From Chloroflexota bacterium (GTDB taxonomy: Bacteria; Chloroflexota; Limnocylindria; Limnocylindrales; CSP1-4), in contig JBHORA010000039.1 in assembly GCA_042408535.1 (NCBI GenBank), positions 3,419-67,418 of the forward strand: 64,000 nt of DNA. Direction: 5' to 3'. The notes beneath the pieces were generated by a model that saw only the letters and a program-made list of their open reading frames with translations, was not told the origin of the DNA and made no database searches. Of the stretch, positions 9,044-18,649 are shown in pieces. The first letter of the stretch is position 1; each line of letters begins with the position of its first letter. Made by a program: the position numbers and the translations under genes.

Positions 9044-9358
9044 AGAGGACGACGTCGAACGATCAGTGCGTCCCAGATCCGAGATCTGCCATTCGCGACT
9101 GCCGGCGATCGCGGACGCAACGAGTGAGGCATCGGTCGCCACGACCGGCAAGAGCGACAGTTGTCGGACCATCGCCTCGGCATCGCTCACCGGCACAGGT
9201 ACGGCAAGCTTGCGGGTGACAACGGCGTAGAACTCGGTCAGGACCTGACCTGCGTGGAAACCACGACGTCGTGCCCTGAGGCCGGCGCGACTGGCCCGGC
9301 GCCGCGCGAACTCGGGCGGCGCGTAGGAAACCCGCTGGCGGATGGGTCCTCAGCGCGG
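9044..9358 (-). pseudogene. frameshifted, 5'-truncated PIN-domain toxin remnant
   Basis: One frame gives GQVLTEFYAVVTRKLAVPVPVSDAEAMVRQLSLLPVVATDASLVASAIAGSREWQIS. The next frame continues RIWDALIV...LQHG, the PIN C-terminal signature. Confidence 0.5.
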
Positions 9359-9361
9359 GCG

Positions 9362-10372
9362 TCAGCCGCTCGGCAGCGGTGAGGGCACCGAGATGACATC
9401 TGCCTCGAGCGGCATCCCATCTACGTAGTCGACGTAGACCACAGCCCTTTGAGCCTTCGAGGGACACGCGTCGGTGCCTGAGGGGCTGGCGGTGCCGGAT
9501 TCCGTGGATGAGGTAGCGAACGTTACCGCCCAGACCCATCGATCGGCTTCCACATCACCATCCGCCACCACCAAGTCGCCAAACGCGCCGGCGGTCGTCG
9601 TGAGCAACTGCCAAAAATAGCATTGGGGAAGGAGGGTGCGCGCTGCTGCGACGGCGTCCGTAGCGGCGACGCTGGAGCTCGGGTGCGCCGGCTCGACGTA
9701 GGTGGCCGATTCAAGCGGACCGATCCAGATGATGGCCTCGACAACCGGCAGGGTCTCGCACGCCTGCTTATCGCAGGCCGGATCGCGGGTGTGAACGCTG
9801 AGGACAATGCCTTTCGCCGACCCAGCGGGCGGGAGGCTCACCGGTCCGACCTGATCTATCCCGTACAGGAACATCGCGCGCCCCCCGCTTCGCGCGCCAT
9901 AGAGTGGCAACGCATGGCACGGCTGCCACTCGTCTGCCCCAACCGGGCATGACATCGGGGCGGCCGCGTGCAACCATCCTCCCACCAGCAGCTGGATGCC
10001 CTCGCCTGATCGCGCGATGAGCGCCTCTGCCTCATCCGGGGTCAGGACCCTCTGACCCTGGATCGAGCCGGGCACTCGGCCAGGATTCGTGCCGGACACG
10101 GTGGGCGAACTGGGCTCTATGGGCGTCGCGGTCGGCCCGCCGCCCGCGCCGTTGGGCACTAGGTAACCGAGCCTCGGTGCAACGAGCACGACAAGGCCGA
10201 TGACCACCGCGACGGCGACGATCGAACCGGCGGAGACGCCGAGCTGGATCCGCGGCCCGGCCTTAAGGGGTGAGAGCGCGAGGTCATCTCGCGCCCGGGC
10301 GACCTCTTCGTCGTAGAGGCGCGCGAGTGCGCCCTCGAGAAGGTCGTCGTCTCGATTACGTGTTCCGGTCAC
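9362..10372 (-). CDS. single-pass membrane protein, putative anti-sigma partner
   Basis: Overlaps the upstream ECF sigma gene by 17 nt. It has a cytoplasmic N-terminus, a TM (SIVAVAVVIGLVVLV) and a Cys-containing extracytoplasmic domain. Confidence 0.7.
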   Translation of the reverse strand: MTGTRNRDDDLLEGALARLYDEEVARARDDLALSPLKAGPRIQLGVSAGSIVAVAVVIGLVVLVAPRLGYLVPNGAGGGPTATPIEPSSPTVSGTNPGRVPGSIQGQRVLTPDEAEALIARSGEGIQLLVGGWLHAAAPMSCPVGADEWQPCHALPLYGARSGGRAMFLYGIDQVGPVSLPPAGSAKGIVLSVHTRDPACDKQACETLPVVEAIIWIGPLESATYVEPAHPSSSVAATDAVAAARTLLPQCYFWQLLTTTAGAFGDLVVADGDVEADRWVWAVTFATSSTESGTASPSGTDACPSKAQRAVVYVDYVDGMPLEADVISVPSPLPSG

Positions 10373-10919
10373 ATAGCGCCTCCCGGAGGGCCTTCAGCGC
10401 CAGTCGGAGATGCGTCTTGACGGTGTTCTCGCCGACGCCCATCGCCACGGCCGTCTCCCCCACCGAGAGCCCGGCCAAGTGATGGAGAACGACGGCGACC
10501 CGTTCTTGGCGAGGCAGGCGAGCAATGGCCACTTTCAAGGCGACGCGAGCATCGGACGGCGGATCGGCGACCTCGACGACGGCCTGGTCCAGAGAGAGCA
10601 CGCTCCGCATGCGACGGCGCCATCGCGAGGCCTCGCGAGCCTCGATCGCGAACAACCACGCGCGGAGTTTCGTGGGATCCCGCAGGGATCGCAGATGGCG
10701 CAACCCGAGCTCCAGGGTCGCCTGCGCCACGTCCCGCGCATCAGCCTCGTTCCGGGTCAGGAATCTCGCCGTGGCAAGGAGCTCTGGCGCCAAATCGGCC
10801 ACCTGAGCGTCGAGGCTGGCCCCGGTCGCAGACCCATAGCGTTGCAGTTCTGGCTTGGCCAACGCATCAAGCCGGGCGAGGGGCTGCGCGGTGAACCATC
10901 GTTCGCTGACAGCGCTCAC
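10356..10919 (-). CDS. ECF RNA polymerase sigma factor
   Basis: Region 2 (EADARDVAQATLELGLRH...) and region 4 (LAGLSVGETAVAMGVGENTVKTHLRLALKAL). Confidence 0.85.
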   Translation of the reverse strand: MSAVSERWFTAQPLARLDALAKPELQRYGSATGASLDAQVADLAPELLATARFLTRNEADARDVAQATLELGLRHLRSLRDPTKLRAWLFAIEAREASRWRRRMRSVLSLDQAVVEVADPPSDARVALKVAIARLPRQERVAVVLHHLAGLSVGETAVAMGVGENTVKTHLRLALKALREALCDRNT

Positions 10920-10984
10920 GGCGGGCGGCTTCTCCGAGCAGCTGGGACGTGCTCTCTGCGCTCCCTACTGGTTCAGAGGAGATC

Positions 10985-11290
10985 ATAGGTCGTTTCGGGT
11001 GAAGCCACACCCGGACATCAGCCCGGTGCGCCCGCATTCGCGCGTGCCTGACCTCGGCACGTGCGTTCGTGCAATTCACCTTGTCGAAGTTGGTCAGGTT
11101 CGTCGGACCGTACCAGTAGCTGGGGCGCTCATCGATGAATTCGGCGCTGTAGCCGTCGTAGTAGGTGTTGCCGAGATTGATGATCTTCGATTGTGAGGTC
11201 CCGGTCGTATTGTCGGCAACGTAGCGGCGGTCGCGTCTCGAATTCGCACAAACGTACGAAGCGACGCGGAAGCGCCGCTGGCATGAGCGT
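10985..11290 (-). pseudogene. fragment resembling a peptidase A4/G1 (glutamic endopeptidase) C-terminus
   Basis: Own translation: [56 protein letters not shown] (compare the SAEWI.E....La.Fg.v.F signature). No start codon, low GC, and the frame decays afterwards. Confidence 0.35.
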
Positions 11291-11314
11291 GAGAATGGGA
11301 CGTTTAGGTCAGTC

Positions 11315-11391
<77 letters not shown>

Positions 11392-11548
11392 ACCGTGGGT
11401 CCTGCCCGGGCGGCCAGATGATACCAGAGGGTGGCCGGTCGGACTGGTGACGAGTTCGGCCGGCCAGCGGGACGAGCCGTCGGGCTCACGAGCTCACGAG
11501 GCCGGTGGCGATCCTCCCTCCCCGTCGGTTCGCAAGTCGGGAGCAGCG

Positions 11549-11910
11549 TTAGGGGGGCCAACGGTAACTCGCCGCCATGACCCCGAAGGCGACCAGGAAG
11601 CCGGCCTCGTTGCCGAGGGCCCCGACGAGCCATCCCAACGCCGCCGACCAGACCGCCCCGACGACGAACATGACCGTGAAGGAGACGGCGAAGGCGACGC
11701 CCCGGATCGCCGGCCGGGCGACCTCGGCGAGGAGGGCTTGGAGGAGGGCACTCTCCTCGAAGAGGACGGCGCTCATGAAGCCGAGGGTGAGCCAGACGAA
11801 GAGGAGGTTCGAGCCGGCGAGGACGAAGGCGCCGAGGGCCGTCGCGGCGCGGACACAGGAGCCGATGACGACCGGCCGCGCAAACCACGAGGCCCGAGCG
11901 TCGGCCCGGG
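11549..11910 (-). CDS. integral membrane protein (start not identifiable; may be the frameshifted continuation of 11980-12192)
   Basis: ...[46 protein letters not shown]...[27 protein letters not shown]...: four hydrophobic helices, with no ATG/GTG/TTG upstream in frame. Confidence 0.4.
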
Positions 11911-11979
11911 CCTCGTGCGGGGAGGAGGAGGACTCGTTCGAACGTTCGGACGACGGGATGCCTCTGCCGAGGGCGAAGC

Positions 11980-12192
11980 CTACGGCGTAGCCGTCGGCGT
12001 TGGGCTCGCCATTGGCGTCGGCGTCGCCATTGGCGTCGGCGAGGGCTTGAGGCTCGCCGCCGGGCTCGGGGATACGACGGGCGCTGTCGAGGCACCCGGG
12101 CTGGCCGCCGACGGCTTCGGACTGGCGCCCGGGCCGCAGGCGGCGACGATGGAGCTTCCGATGATGACGGCTGCTGCGAGGCGTCGCTTCAT
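11980..12192 (-). CDS. lipoprotein signal peptide plus Pro/Thr/Ser linker (70 aa)
   Basis: GAAGGAGGTCAGCC-ATG; [20 protein letters not shown] lipobox. It ends inside an 18-bp tandem repeat. Confidence 0.5.
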   Translation of the reverse strand: MKRRLAAAVIIGSSIVAACGPGASPKPSAASPGASTAPVVSPSPAASLKPSPTPMATPTPMASPTPTATP

Positions 12193-12427
12193 GGCTGACC
12201 TCCTTCGTGCAAGCTGAACGAGCTCGGTTCGTCGAGCTCGGTGGTGGCGTGGCCGGCCGCTGGAGCCGGCAAGCGCGGGCGCCGAACGAACCCCGGCGCC
12301 GACGAAGGATGGCAGGCCGTCGATGAAGGAACGATGAAGACGGAGACCCCGCCGGCTTCGATAACGAAATCTGACCCGCTTCGCAACCGTCAGCCAACCC
12401 GGAGCGCGTACGATCGGCGATCCGGAG

Positions 12428-13216
12428 GTGATCGATATGCGCCTGCTCGTCGCCGAAGACGACCGGCGCCTCGCCGGTCTCCTCCGGCGCGGCCTGGAAG
12501 AAGAGGGCTACGCGGTCGACCTCGTCGGGACGGCGGAGGAGACCCGCTGGCTGGCGACCGAGGTCCCCTACGACACGATCGTCCTCGACGTCATGCTCCC
12601 CGACGGGGACGGCTTCGACGTTTGCCGGGAGCTCCGGGCCGCCGGTCGCTGGGCCCCGGTCCTCTTTCTGACCGCCCGCACGGCCGTCGCCGACCGGGTA
12701 CGCGGTCTCGATGGCGGCGGCGACGACTACCTCGTCAAGCCCTTCGAGTGGGACGAGCTCCTCGCCCGGATCCGGGCCCTCGTTCGCCGTGGAGCACAAC
12801 CGCGGCCGGCGACGATCGAGCTCGGCTCCTTCGTCCTCGACCCGGCGAGCCGGGAGGTTCGGATCGCAGGCAAGCGGATCGACCTCTCCGCCCGGGAGTT
12901 CGCCATCCTCGAGGTCCTCGCCCGCCACCCGAACGAGGTGCTCTCGCGGGCCGACATCCGGGAGGCCGTCTGGGACTGGGCCTTCGAGGGCCGCTCGAAC
13001 GTCATCGACGTCCACGTCGCATCCCTCCGCCGGAAGCTCGGCGGTCGCCCCGGCGCGCCGCGGATCGAAACCGTTCGCGGTGTTGGCTACGCCCTCCGGC
13101 CGCCCGCCGGCGCGCGACCTCGATGGGGTCCTCGAACCGGGGGTGAGGGGAGCGGCGGCCATGACGGAAGCCTCGACCCCTCGGTGACGTCCCGCCATCA
13201 CCCAGGCGGCCGGTGA
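12428..13216 (+). CDS. OmpR/PhoB-family response regulator
   Basis: MRLLVAEDD...DLVGTAEE...VLDVMLPDGDGF...DDYLVKPF, plus winged helix (LSAREFAILEVL...VIDVHVASLRRKL...VRGVGYAL). The stop overlaps the kinase start (GTGA). Confidence 0.9.
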   Translation: MIDMRLLVAEDDRRLAGLLRRGLEEEGYAVDLVGTAEETRWLATEVPYDTIVLDVMLPDGDGFDVCRELRAAGRWAPVLFLTARTAVADRVRGLDGGGDDYLVKPFEWDELLARIRALVRRGAQPRPATIELGSFVLDPASREVRIAGKRIDLSAREFAILEVLARHPNEVLSRADIREAVWDWAFEGRSNVIDVHVASLRRKLGGRPGAPRIETVRGVGYALRPPAGARPRWGPRTGGEGSGGHDGSLDPSVTSRHHPGGR

Positions 13217-14541
13217 GCCTCCGAGCTCGGCTCACCCTCTGGCTGGCGCTCGCCGTCACGAGCCTCGTCGTCGCCGCGGGAGGTCTCGTCTGGGTCTCCA
13301 TCGGCCAGCAGCTCCGACGCTCCCTCGACGAGACCATCCGGCTCCATGCCGAGAGCGTTGCGGCGGCCCTCGAGTCCGACCCGGACGCCCCGATCGACAT
13401 CCTGGCGAGCGGCCGGCCGGCGGTCTTCACCATCCTCTACGGTCGGGACGGAGCCCCGATCCGCCAGACGGCGATGGCGGCCGAGCTGCCAGGGGTGCCA
13501 CCACCGGGCCCGTCCGAGCTCGTCGTCGGCAACGAGCACTACGTCTTCTACGCCATCGATGGCCCGATGGGTCGAATCGTAACCGGGGCGACGACGAGCG
13601 GCATCGAGGAGACGCAGGCTGCGGTGACGCAGGATCTGGTGGCGGTCGGGCTCCTCGTTGCCGTGGTGGCCGTCGCCGGGACCTGGTGGCTCGTCGGCCG
13701 GGTGCTGGCTCCCCTCGCCGCCCTAGCGGCCGAGCTCGAGACGATCGAGCCCGACGAACTCGATCGCCCCTTCGTCGGTCGACCTGGACGGGACGAGGTC
13801 GGCCGCCTCACGCGGTCGATCGCTGGGCTTCTCGCCCGCCTCGACGAGGGGCGCCGCCGCCAGCAGGCCTTCGTGGCTGCCGCCTCCCACGATCTCCGAA
13901 CCCCGCTCGCCGCCCTCCGGACCGAGCTGGAACTCGCCCTCCGAGGCCGACCCGACGGAGCGAGGCTCCGCCAGGCCATCGAAGCCGCCCACGGCGATGC
14001 CGTCCGGCTCGGGCAGCTGGCCGACGGCCTCCTCGCCCTGGCCGAAGCTGAACCGGGAGGCCGGCCCCTGGCCCGAACCCGGGTCAGCCTCGAGGCCCTC
14101 CTCGAGGCGGCCGCCGACGACTGTCGGTCCCTGGCCGAGTCCAAGAAGGCGGCGATCGAGATCGTTGCTTCGGACGATGCGGTCGTCGTCGATCGGGTGC
14201 GCCTCGAGCAGGCGCTCCGGAACATGGTCGCCAACGCGGTCCGGTACTCCCCCGAGGGGGCCCCAGTCCGGATCGTGGCCGACGTAACGACGCGTCGGCT
14301 GCGGCCAGGCTTGCCGGGGCGGCGCTGGCTGCGGGTCGGCGTCGTCGACCGCGGGCCCGGCGTGGATCCGGCGGTCGAGGCCCGTCTCTTCCTCCCCTTC
14401 CCGCGGCGGAACGGTGAGGGTGAGGGAGCCGGGCTCGGTCTGGCGATCGCGGCGGCCGCCGTCCGAGCCCATGGCGGGGAGATCGGCTACCGACCCCTGG
14501 CAGAGGGCGGCTCGGAGTTCTGGTTCGCGGTCCCTTGCTGA
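13213..14541 (+). CDS. sensor histidine kinase (TM-HAMP-HisKA-HATPase)
   Basis: H-box AAASHDLRTPLAALRTELE; N-box LEQALRNMVANAVRYSP; G-boxes VVDRGPGV and GAGLGLAIA. Confidence 0.9.
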   Translation: MSLRARLTLWLALAVTSLVVAAGGLVWVSIGQQLRRSLDETIRLHAESVAAALESDPDAPIDILASGRPAVFTILYGRDGAPIRQTAMAAELPGVPPPGPSELVVGNEHYVFYAIDGPMGRIVTGATTSGIEETQAAVTQDLVAVGLLVAVVAVAGTWWLVGRVLAPLAALAAELETIEPDELDRPFVGRPGRDEVGRLTRSIAGLLARLDEGRRRQQAFVAAASHDLRTPLAALRTELELALRGRPDGARLRQAIEAAHGDAVRLGQLADGLLALAEAEPGGRPLARTRVSLEALLEAAADDCRSLAESKKAAIEIVASDDAVVVDRVRLEQALRNMVANAVRYSPEGAPVRIVADVTTRRLRPGLPGRRWLRVGVVDRGPGVDPAVEARLFLPFPRRNGEGEGAGLGLAIAAAAVRAHGGEIGYRPLAEGGSEFWFAVPC

Positions 14542-14782
14542 CAGTGGACACGGACCTGCCCAGATCAACGTCCTCGCTGCCAGCGAGGACGAGGGCGTGG
14601 TCAGGAACGCGAAAGCCGCCGTGCCCCGGGTGCACGTCCCCGGACCACCATTTCGTGTTCGTCGCCGACCGAAGCTGCCGACTCGGCCGCTCCCGTGGTC
14701 CCTGTGCCCCCGGTTTTCTGTTCTGTGGGCACGGCCCGGCCGCCGCCCAGCCCAGACGCTTGGAGGCCTGGGCGATCTCGGC

Positions 14783-14811
14783 TTGACCCACCGGCCGGGT
14801 CGGCATACGCT
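14783..14811 (+). promoter_or_regulatory. sigma-70-type promoter candidate (TTGACC - 17 nt - TACGCT)
   Basis: -35 at 14783-14788 and -10 at 14806-14811, placing the TSS a few nt before the riboswitch aptamer. Confidence 0.5.
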
Positions 14812-14819
14812 CGCCCTTC

Positions 14820-14881
14820 GGCGATGGCGTCCGCCGAGACGGTGTCCGTCTGAACCGCCCGCACGGGCTGATGGCTCCTGC
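14820..14881 (+). promoter_or_regulatory. fluoride riboswitch aptamer (crcB motif), copy 1
   Basis: GGCGAUGGCGUCCGCC / AGACGG-UGU-CCGUCU / GAACCGCCC-GCAC-GGGC / UGAUGGCUCCUGC. The blocks match the remembered B. cereus and T. petrophila fluoride aptamers. Confidence 0.8.
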
Positions 14882-14962
14882 ATCATTCTGCCGGGGCGTG
14901 ACGCTCCCGAAGAGGCGTCCCGAGGGCGCGTCGCGAACCCCGTCCCGAGAACGGAGGCTAGC

Positions 14963-15970
14963 GTGAGCGAGGCGAGACGGACGGCGTCGGCGGGCGACGA
15001 GGCGAGCCTGCCGGCCACGGCGGGCGGACGCTTCTGGTCGCGCCTGCAGGCGGCCGTCGGCCGAGCCATCGTCGGCGGAGGTGAGGCGCTCCGCTTCCTG
15101 ACGATCGCCCTTCTGGCCGAAGGCCATGCCCTCATCGAGGACGTCCCCGGGACCGGCAAGACGACCCTCGCCCGGGCCTTCGCCCGAGCCCTTGGCCTCT
15201 CCTTCGCCCGGGTCCAGGGCACCCCCGATCTCCTGCCCGGCGACGTGACTGGGAGCAGCGTCTTCGAGGCCGGTCGCTTCCGCTTCGTGCCGGGGCCGAT
15301 CTTCGCCAACGTCCTCCTCGTCGACGAGATCAACAGGGCGACGCCTCGGACCCAGTCGGCGCTCCTCGAGGCGATGCAGGAGCGCCAGGTTTCCATCGAC
15401 GGGACGACCCACCGTCTCCCGACCCCCTTCCTCGTCCTGGCGACCGAGAACCCGATCGAGCTCGAAGGAACGTTCGCGCTGCCAGAGGCCCAGCTCGACC
15501 GCTTTCTCGTCCGGACGAGGCTCGGCTACCCCGACGAGGTCGAGGAACGCCGGATCGCCGCCCTCTACCGCGACGGTCGGCTCCCGATCGAGGACGTGCC
15601 CCAGATCACGAGCTCGGATGAGCTCGGATCGCTCATTGCCGCCGCCGCCCGCGTCACGGTAGCCGAGGACGTCGAGCACTACATCGTCGCCCTCGTCCGA
15701 GCTACCCGCGACCACCCCGACGTCCGGCTCGGGGCGAGCCCGCGGGCGAGCGTCGCCCTCTACCGGGCAAGCCAGGCGGCCGCCCTCCTCGCAGGGCGCG
15801 ACTTTGCCCTCCCCGACGACGTCGCGGCGGTCGCGCCGGCTGTCCTCGTCCACCGAATCCTCGTCGACGTCGATCGGGAACTCCGGGGAGCGAGCGCCGA
15901 GCAGATCATCGCTGACGTCCTCGACCGAACGCCGGCGCCGCCGATCGGCCTTGCTCGCTCCGGGCACTGA
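14963..15970 (+). CDS. moxR: MoxR-family AAA+ ATPase
   Basis: GGAGG 5 nt before GTG 14963; EDVPGTGKTTLARAFARAL, LLVDEINRATPRTQSALLEAMQE, ATENPIELEGTFALPEAQLDRF. Confidence 0.9.
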   Translation: MSEARRTASAGDEASLPATAGGRFWSRLQAAVGRAIVGGGEALRFLTIALLAEGHALIEDVPGTGKTTLARAFARALGLSFARVQGTPDLLPGDVTGSSVFEAGRFRFVPGPIFANVLLVDEINRATPRTQSALLEAMQERQVSIDGTTHRLPTPFLVLATENPIELEGTFALPEAQLDRFLVRTRLGYPDEVEERRIAALYRDGRLPIEDVPQITSSDELGSLIAAAARVTVAEDVEHYIVALVRATRDHPDVRLGASPRASVALYRASQAAALLAGRDFALPDDVAAVAPAVLVHRILVDVDRELRGASAEQIIADVLDRTPAPPIGLARSGH

Positions 15971-15989
15971 AGCGGGAGGTTGACCAACG

Positions 15990-17243
15990 ATGCCTCGTGG
16001 GGTGCTCGTCCCGGGTCCCTCCGGCCTCGTCGTCGCCGTTCTCGTCGGCCTCGGGCTCTGGAGCGGCGCGACGGGCCTCGTCTTCGTCGGTCTCATCGTC
16101 GGCCTCACGACCTGGCTCCGGACCGTCTGGTCCAGGCGCGGCCCGGTGGCCCTCCTCTACCGCCGCGAGCTCGCCTCCGAGCGGGCCGTCTGGGGCGATC
16201 GGGTCCCCCTCACCCTCGTCGTCGAGAACCGGAAGATCCTTCCCCTCGCCTGGCTCCGCACCGACGACTTCGTTGGCGACGAGCTCGTCCTCGATGGGAT
16301 CGCCACGGTGCCCACGGAGCGACCCGGGATCGCCAGCCTCCGAATGACCTGGTCCCTGGCGCCGTACGAGGAAGTCCGGCGGCAGCTGGCCATCGTCGCC
16401 GAGCGTCGGGGGCGGTTCCGGTTCGAGTCCGTCGCGCTGACCGTCGCTGACCTCTTCGGCCGGTCGGCGACGACCGTTGAGCGCCTACTCCCGGCGACGC
16501 TCGTCGTCCGGCCGCGGACGGTCCCGGTTCGGCTCGGCGGCCCGGCCGTCCTCCCCCTTGGCCCGCGCCGGCTCCGGCGCGGGCTCGTCGAGGACCCCGC
16601 CCTCTTCGCCGGCATCCGGCCCTTCCAGCGCGGGGATCCGCGGCGCCGCGTCCACGAGCGGGCGACGGCCCGGCTCGGTCGACCGGTGAGCAAGCGCTTC
16701 GAGCCGTCGGCGGCCCGCGACGTGGTCATCGCCCTCGACGCCCAAACGGTGCCGGGACCGGTCTGGCTCCTCCAGTGGGATGACGACCTCGTCGAAAGCC
16801 TCGCCGTGGCGGCAGGATCGCTCGCCCGCCGGCTCCTCGACGATGGTGCCGCTTGTGGCCTGGCCGTGAACGCCTGGACGTACCAGCCTGACCGGATCGG
16901 GTTCGTCCCGCCGAGGGCGGGCCCTGGCCAGCTCGCCCGGATCCTCGATCTCCTCGGCCGGCTGACGACCGTTCCCTCGATGCCGTACCCTCGGCTCCTC
17001 GGGGCCATCGGCCGGCGGATCAGCGCCGGGTCCCTTGTCATGACCCTGAGCAGTCGTGATCCGAGCGACGCCCTCCCCGTCCTCCGGCGTCTCCGATCCA
17101 GCGGCTTCGAGATCCTCCACATCGCCCTCGGCCCGGAGGCGACGGCGCACGCGGCCCTGGTTCGCCGGTTCGGCCTGCCGGCCCGCGTTGCCCGTCTCGC
17201 CCCCGACTGGCGGACCTGCCATGCCATCGAGTTGGCGAGCTAA
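15990..17243 (+). CDS. DUF58 domain protein (vWA-like partner of MoxR)
   Basis: Two N-terminal TM helices, then ...FAGIRPFQRGDPRRRVHERATARLGRPVSKRFEPS...VIALD, typical of DUF58. Confidence 0.85.
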   Translation: MPRGVLVPGPSGLVVAVLVGLGLWSGATGLVFVGLIVGLTTWLRTVWSRRGPVALLYRRELASERAVWGDRVPLTLVVENRKILPLAWLRTDDFVGDELVLDGIATVPTERPGIASLRMTWSLAPYEEVRRQLAIVAERRGRFRFESVALTVADLFGRSATTVERLLPATLVVRPRTVPVRLGGPAVLPLGPRRLRRGLVEDPALFAGIRPFQRGDPRRRVHERATARLGRPVSKRFEPSAARDVVIALDAQTVPGPVWLLQWDDDLVESLAVAAGSLARRLLDDGAACGLAVNAWTYQPDRIGFVPPRAGPGQLARILDLLGRLTTVPSMPYPRLLGAIGRRISAGSLVMTLSSRDPSDALPVLRRLRSSGFEILHIALGPEATAHAALVRRFGLPARVARLAPDWRTCHAIELAS

Positions 17244-18609
17244 GCTCGGCTGGCGACTCCTCGGGCTCCTCCCGGCCGCTGCCGCAGCGACCGCGGAAGG
17301 GGCGTGGGTCGCTGTCTGGTACGCCGCGCTCGGTGCCGCCGATCGCCCGGCGCGGCCGCTTGGCCTCATCACCTTCGTGGGGGCGGCAGCGGCCGGTCTC
17401 GTCCTCGCCCGGAGGCTCGAGGGCAGGGGGCGGCTGGACCGACGTGCAGAACGGGTCGTTCGCCGGCTCATGCTCGGTGCGGCCATCGGTGGCGCGGCAG
17501 CGCTCGGTCTCGCCCTCGAGGGCCCCGTCGGGAGCGGTGACGTTGCCGACTGGATCGGTGGGCTCGCCGCCGGCGCCCGCCGGGGCGAGGTCGGCGGCCT
17601 TCTCCTCGGCGTCGCCGCGTGGCGGGGGACGCGCCACGCCGCTCCGGAGCGGGACGACCTCGTGACGGCCGGCCTCCTCGGCTGGGGAGCGCCGCTCCTC
17701 GGCATCCCGTGGCTCGTCGGGGGCCTCCGGCCCGGGCCCGCCTTCGTGGCGAACGCTCTCGTCGCGACCCTCGTCTTCGTGGCGGCGAGCCTCGTCGCCA
17801 TCGGCCTGACCCGTCTGGAGGCCCTCGCCCAATCGGCCGGCCTCGACTGGCGGCGGAACCGAGCCTGGCTCGTCCTCCTCGTCGCGGTCGTCGCGTCGGC
17901 GAGCCTCCTCGCCCTCCCGGCGGCGGTCCTCCTCGGGGCATCCGTCGACGCCCTCCTGGCCGGCCTCGCCGGTCCGGTGGCTGTCAGCGTCGAGGTCGCC
18001 GAACGGGCCGTCGGGCTCCTCGGGAGGAGCGTCGGCTCGACGCTCGGGACAGCCATGCCTGGTTCGCCCGGCGAGGTCGGCGGCACCTCGGGGGTCGGCG
18101 ACCTCGTGCCGAACCTGTCGATCCCGGGCGTCCTCGCCGGCCTCGCGGCGGTCCTCTTCGCCATCGTTGTCCTCGTCGCCGCCCACCGTTTCTGGAGCCG
18201 GGTCCGCGGCGGTCGGCCGTCGCCGACGCCACCGCTGCCGATCGTCGAGGAACGGCACGTCCGGCCCCCGCGACCGAGGGTCCGTCTCGCTCTCCCGAGG
18301 CTCGCCCTCCGCCTGCCGCGTTTCCGCGGCGGGCCACGCACAGCGACGGAGGCGTACCTCGACCTGGCGGCCAGGCTCGGGCCGGAAGGAGAGCTCGCCC
18401 GCCGCCTCGGCGAGTCGCCGTCCGGACACGCCCGCCGTCTCCGGAAGCGACATCTCGGCTCCGTCCGCCTCGACCTCCTCGCCGCCGACGTCGCCCTCGA
18501 GCGGTTCGCCGGCCGCGGTCTGCCGCGACGGGAGGTGGCGCGGGCCATCGACAGGGCACGGGACCCGCGGCTCGCTGGCGATGGGCGGTCGGGAGGAAGC
18601 CGTGGCTGA
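17221..18609 (+). CDS. polytopic membrane protein with DUF4129-like C-terminus
   Basis: ATG 17221 overlaps the DUF58 end by 23 nt. Multiple TM helices; C-terminus TEAYLDLAARLG...ESPSGHARRL...ERFAGRGL. Confidence 0.7.
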   Translation: MPSSWRAKLGWRLLGLLPAAAAATAEGAWVAVWYAALGAADRPARPLGLITFVGAAAAGLVLARRLEGRGRLDRRAERVVRRLMLGAAIGGAAALGLALEGPVGSGDVADWIGGLAAGARRGEVGGLLLGVAAWRGTRHAAPERDDLVTAGLLGWGAPLLGIPWLVGGLRPGPAFVANALVATLVFVAASLVAIGLTRLEALAQSAGLDWRRNRAWLVLLVAVVASASLLALPAAVLLGASVDALLAGLAGPVAVSVEVAERAVGLLGRSVGSTLGTAMPGSPGEVGGTSGVGDLVPNLSIPGVLAGLAAVLFAIVVLVAAHRFWSRVRGGRPSPTPPLPIVEERHVRPPRPRVRLALPRLALRLPRFRGGPRTATEAYLDLAARLGPEGELARRLGESPSGHARRLRKRHLGSVRLDLLAADVALERFAGRGLPRREVARAIDRARDPRLAGDGRSGGSRG

Positions 18610-18649
18610 CCGGTCGTTCGACACGGGCGGCGCGGACGAGGGGACGACC

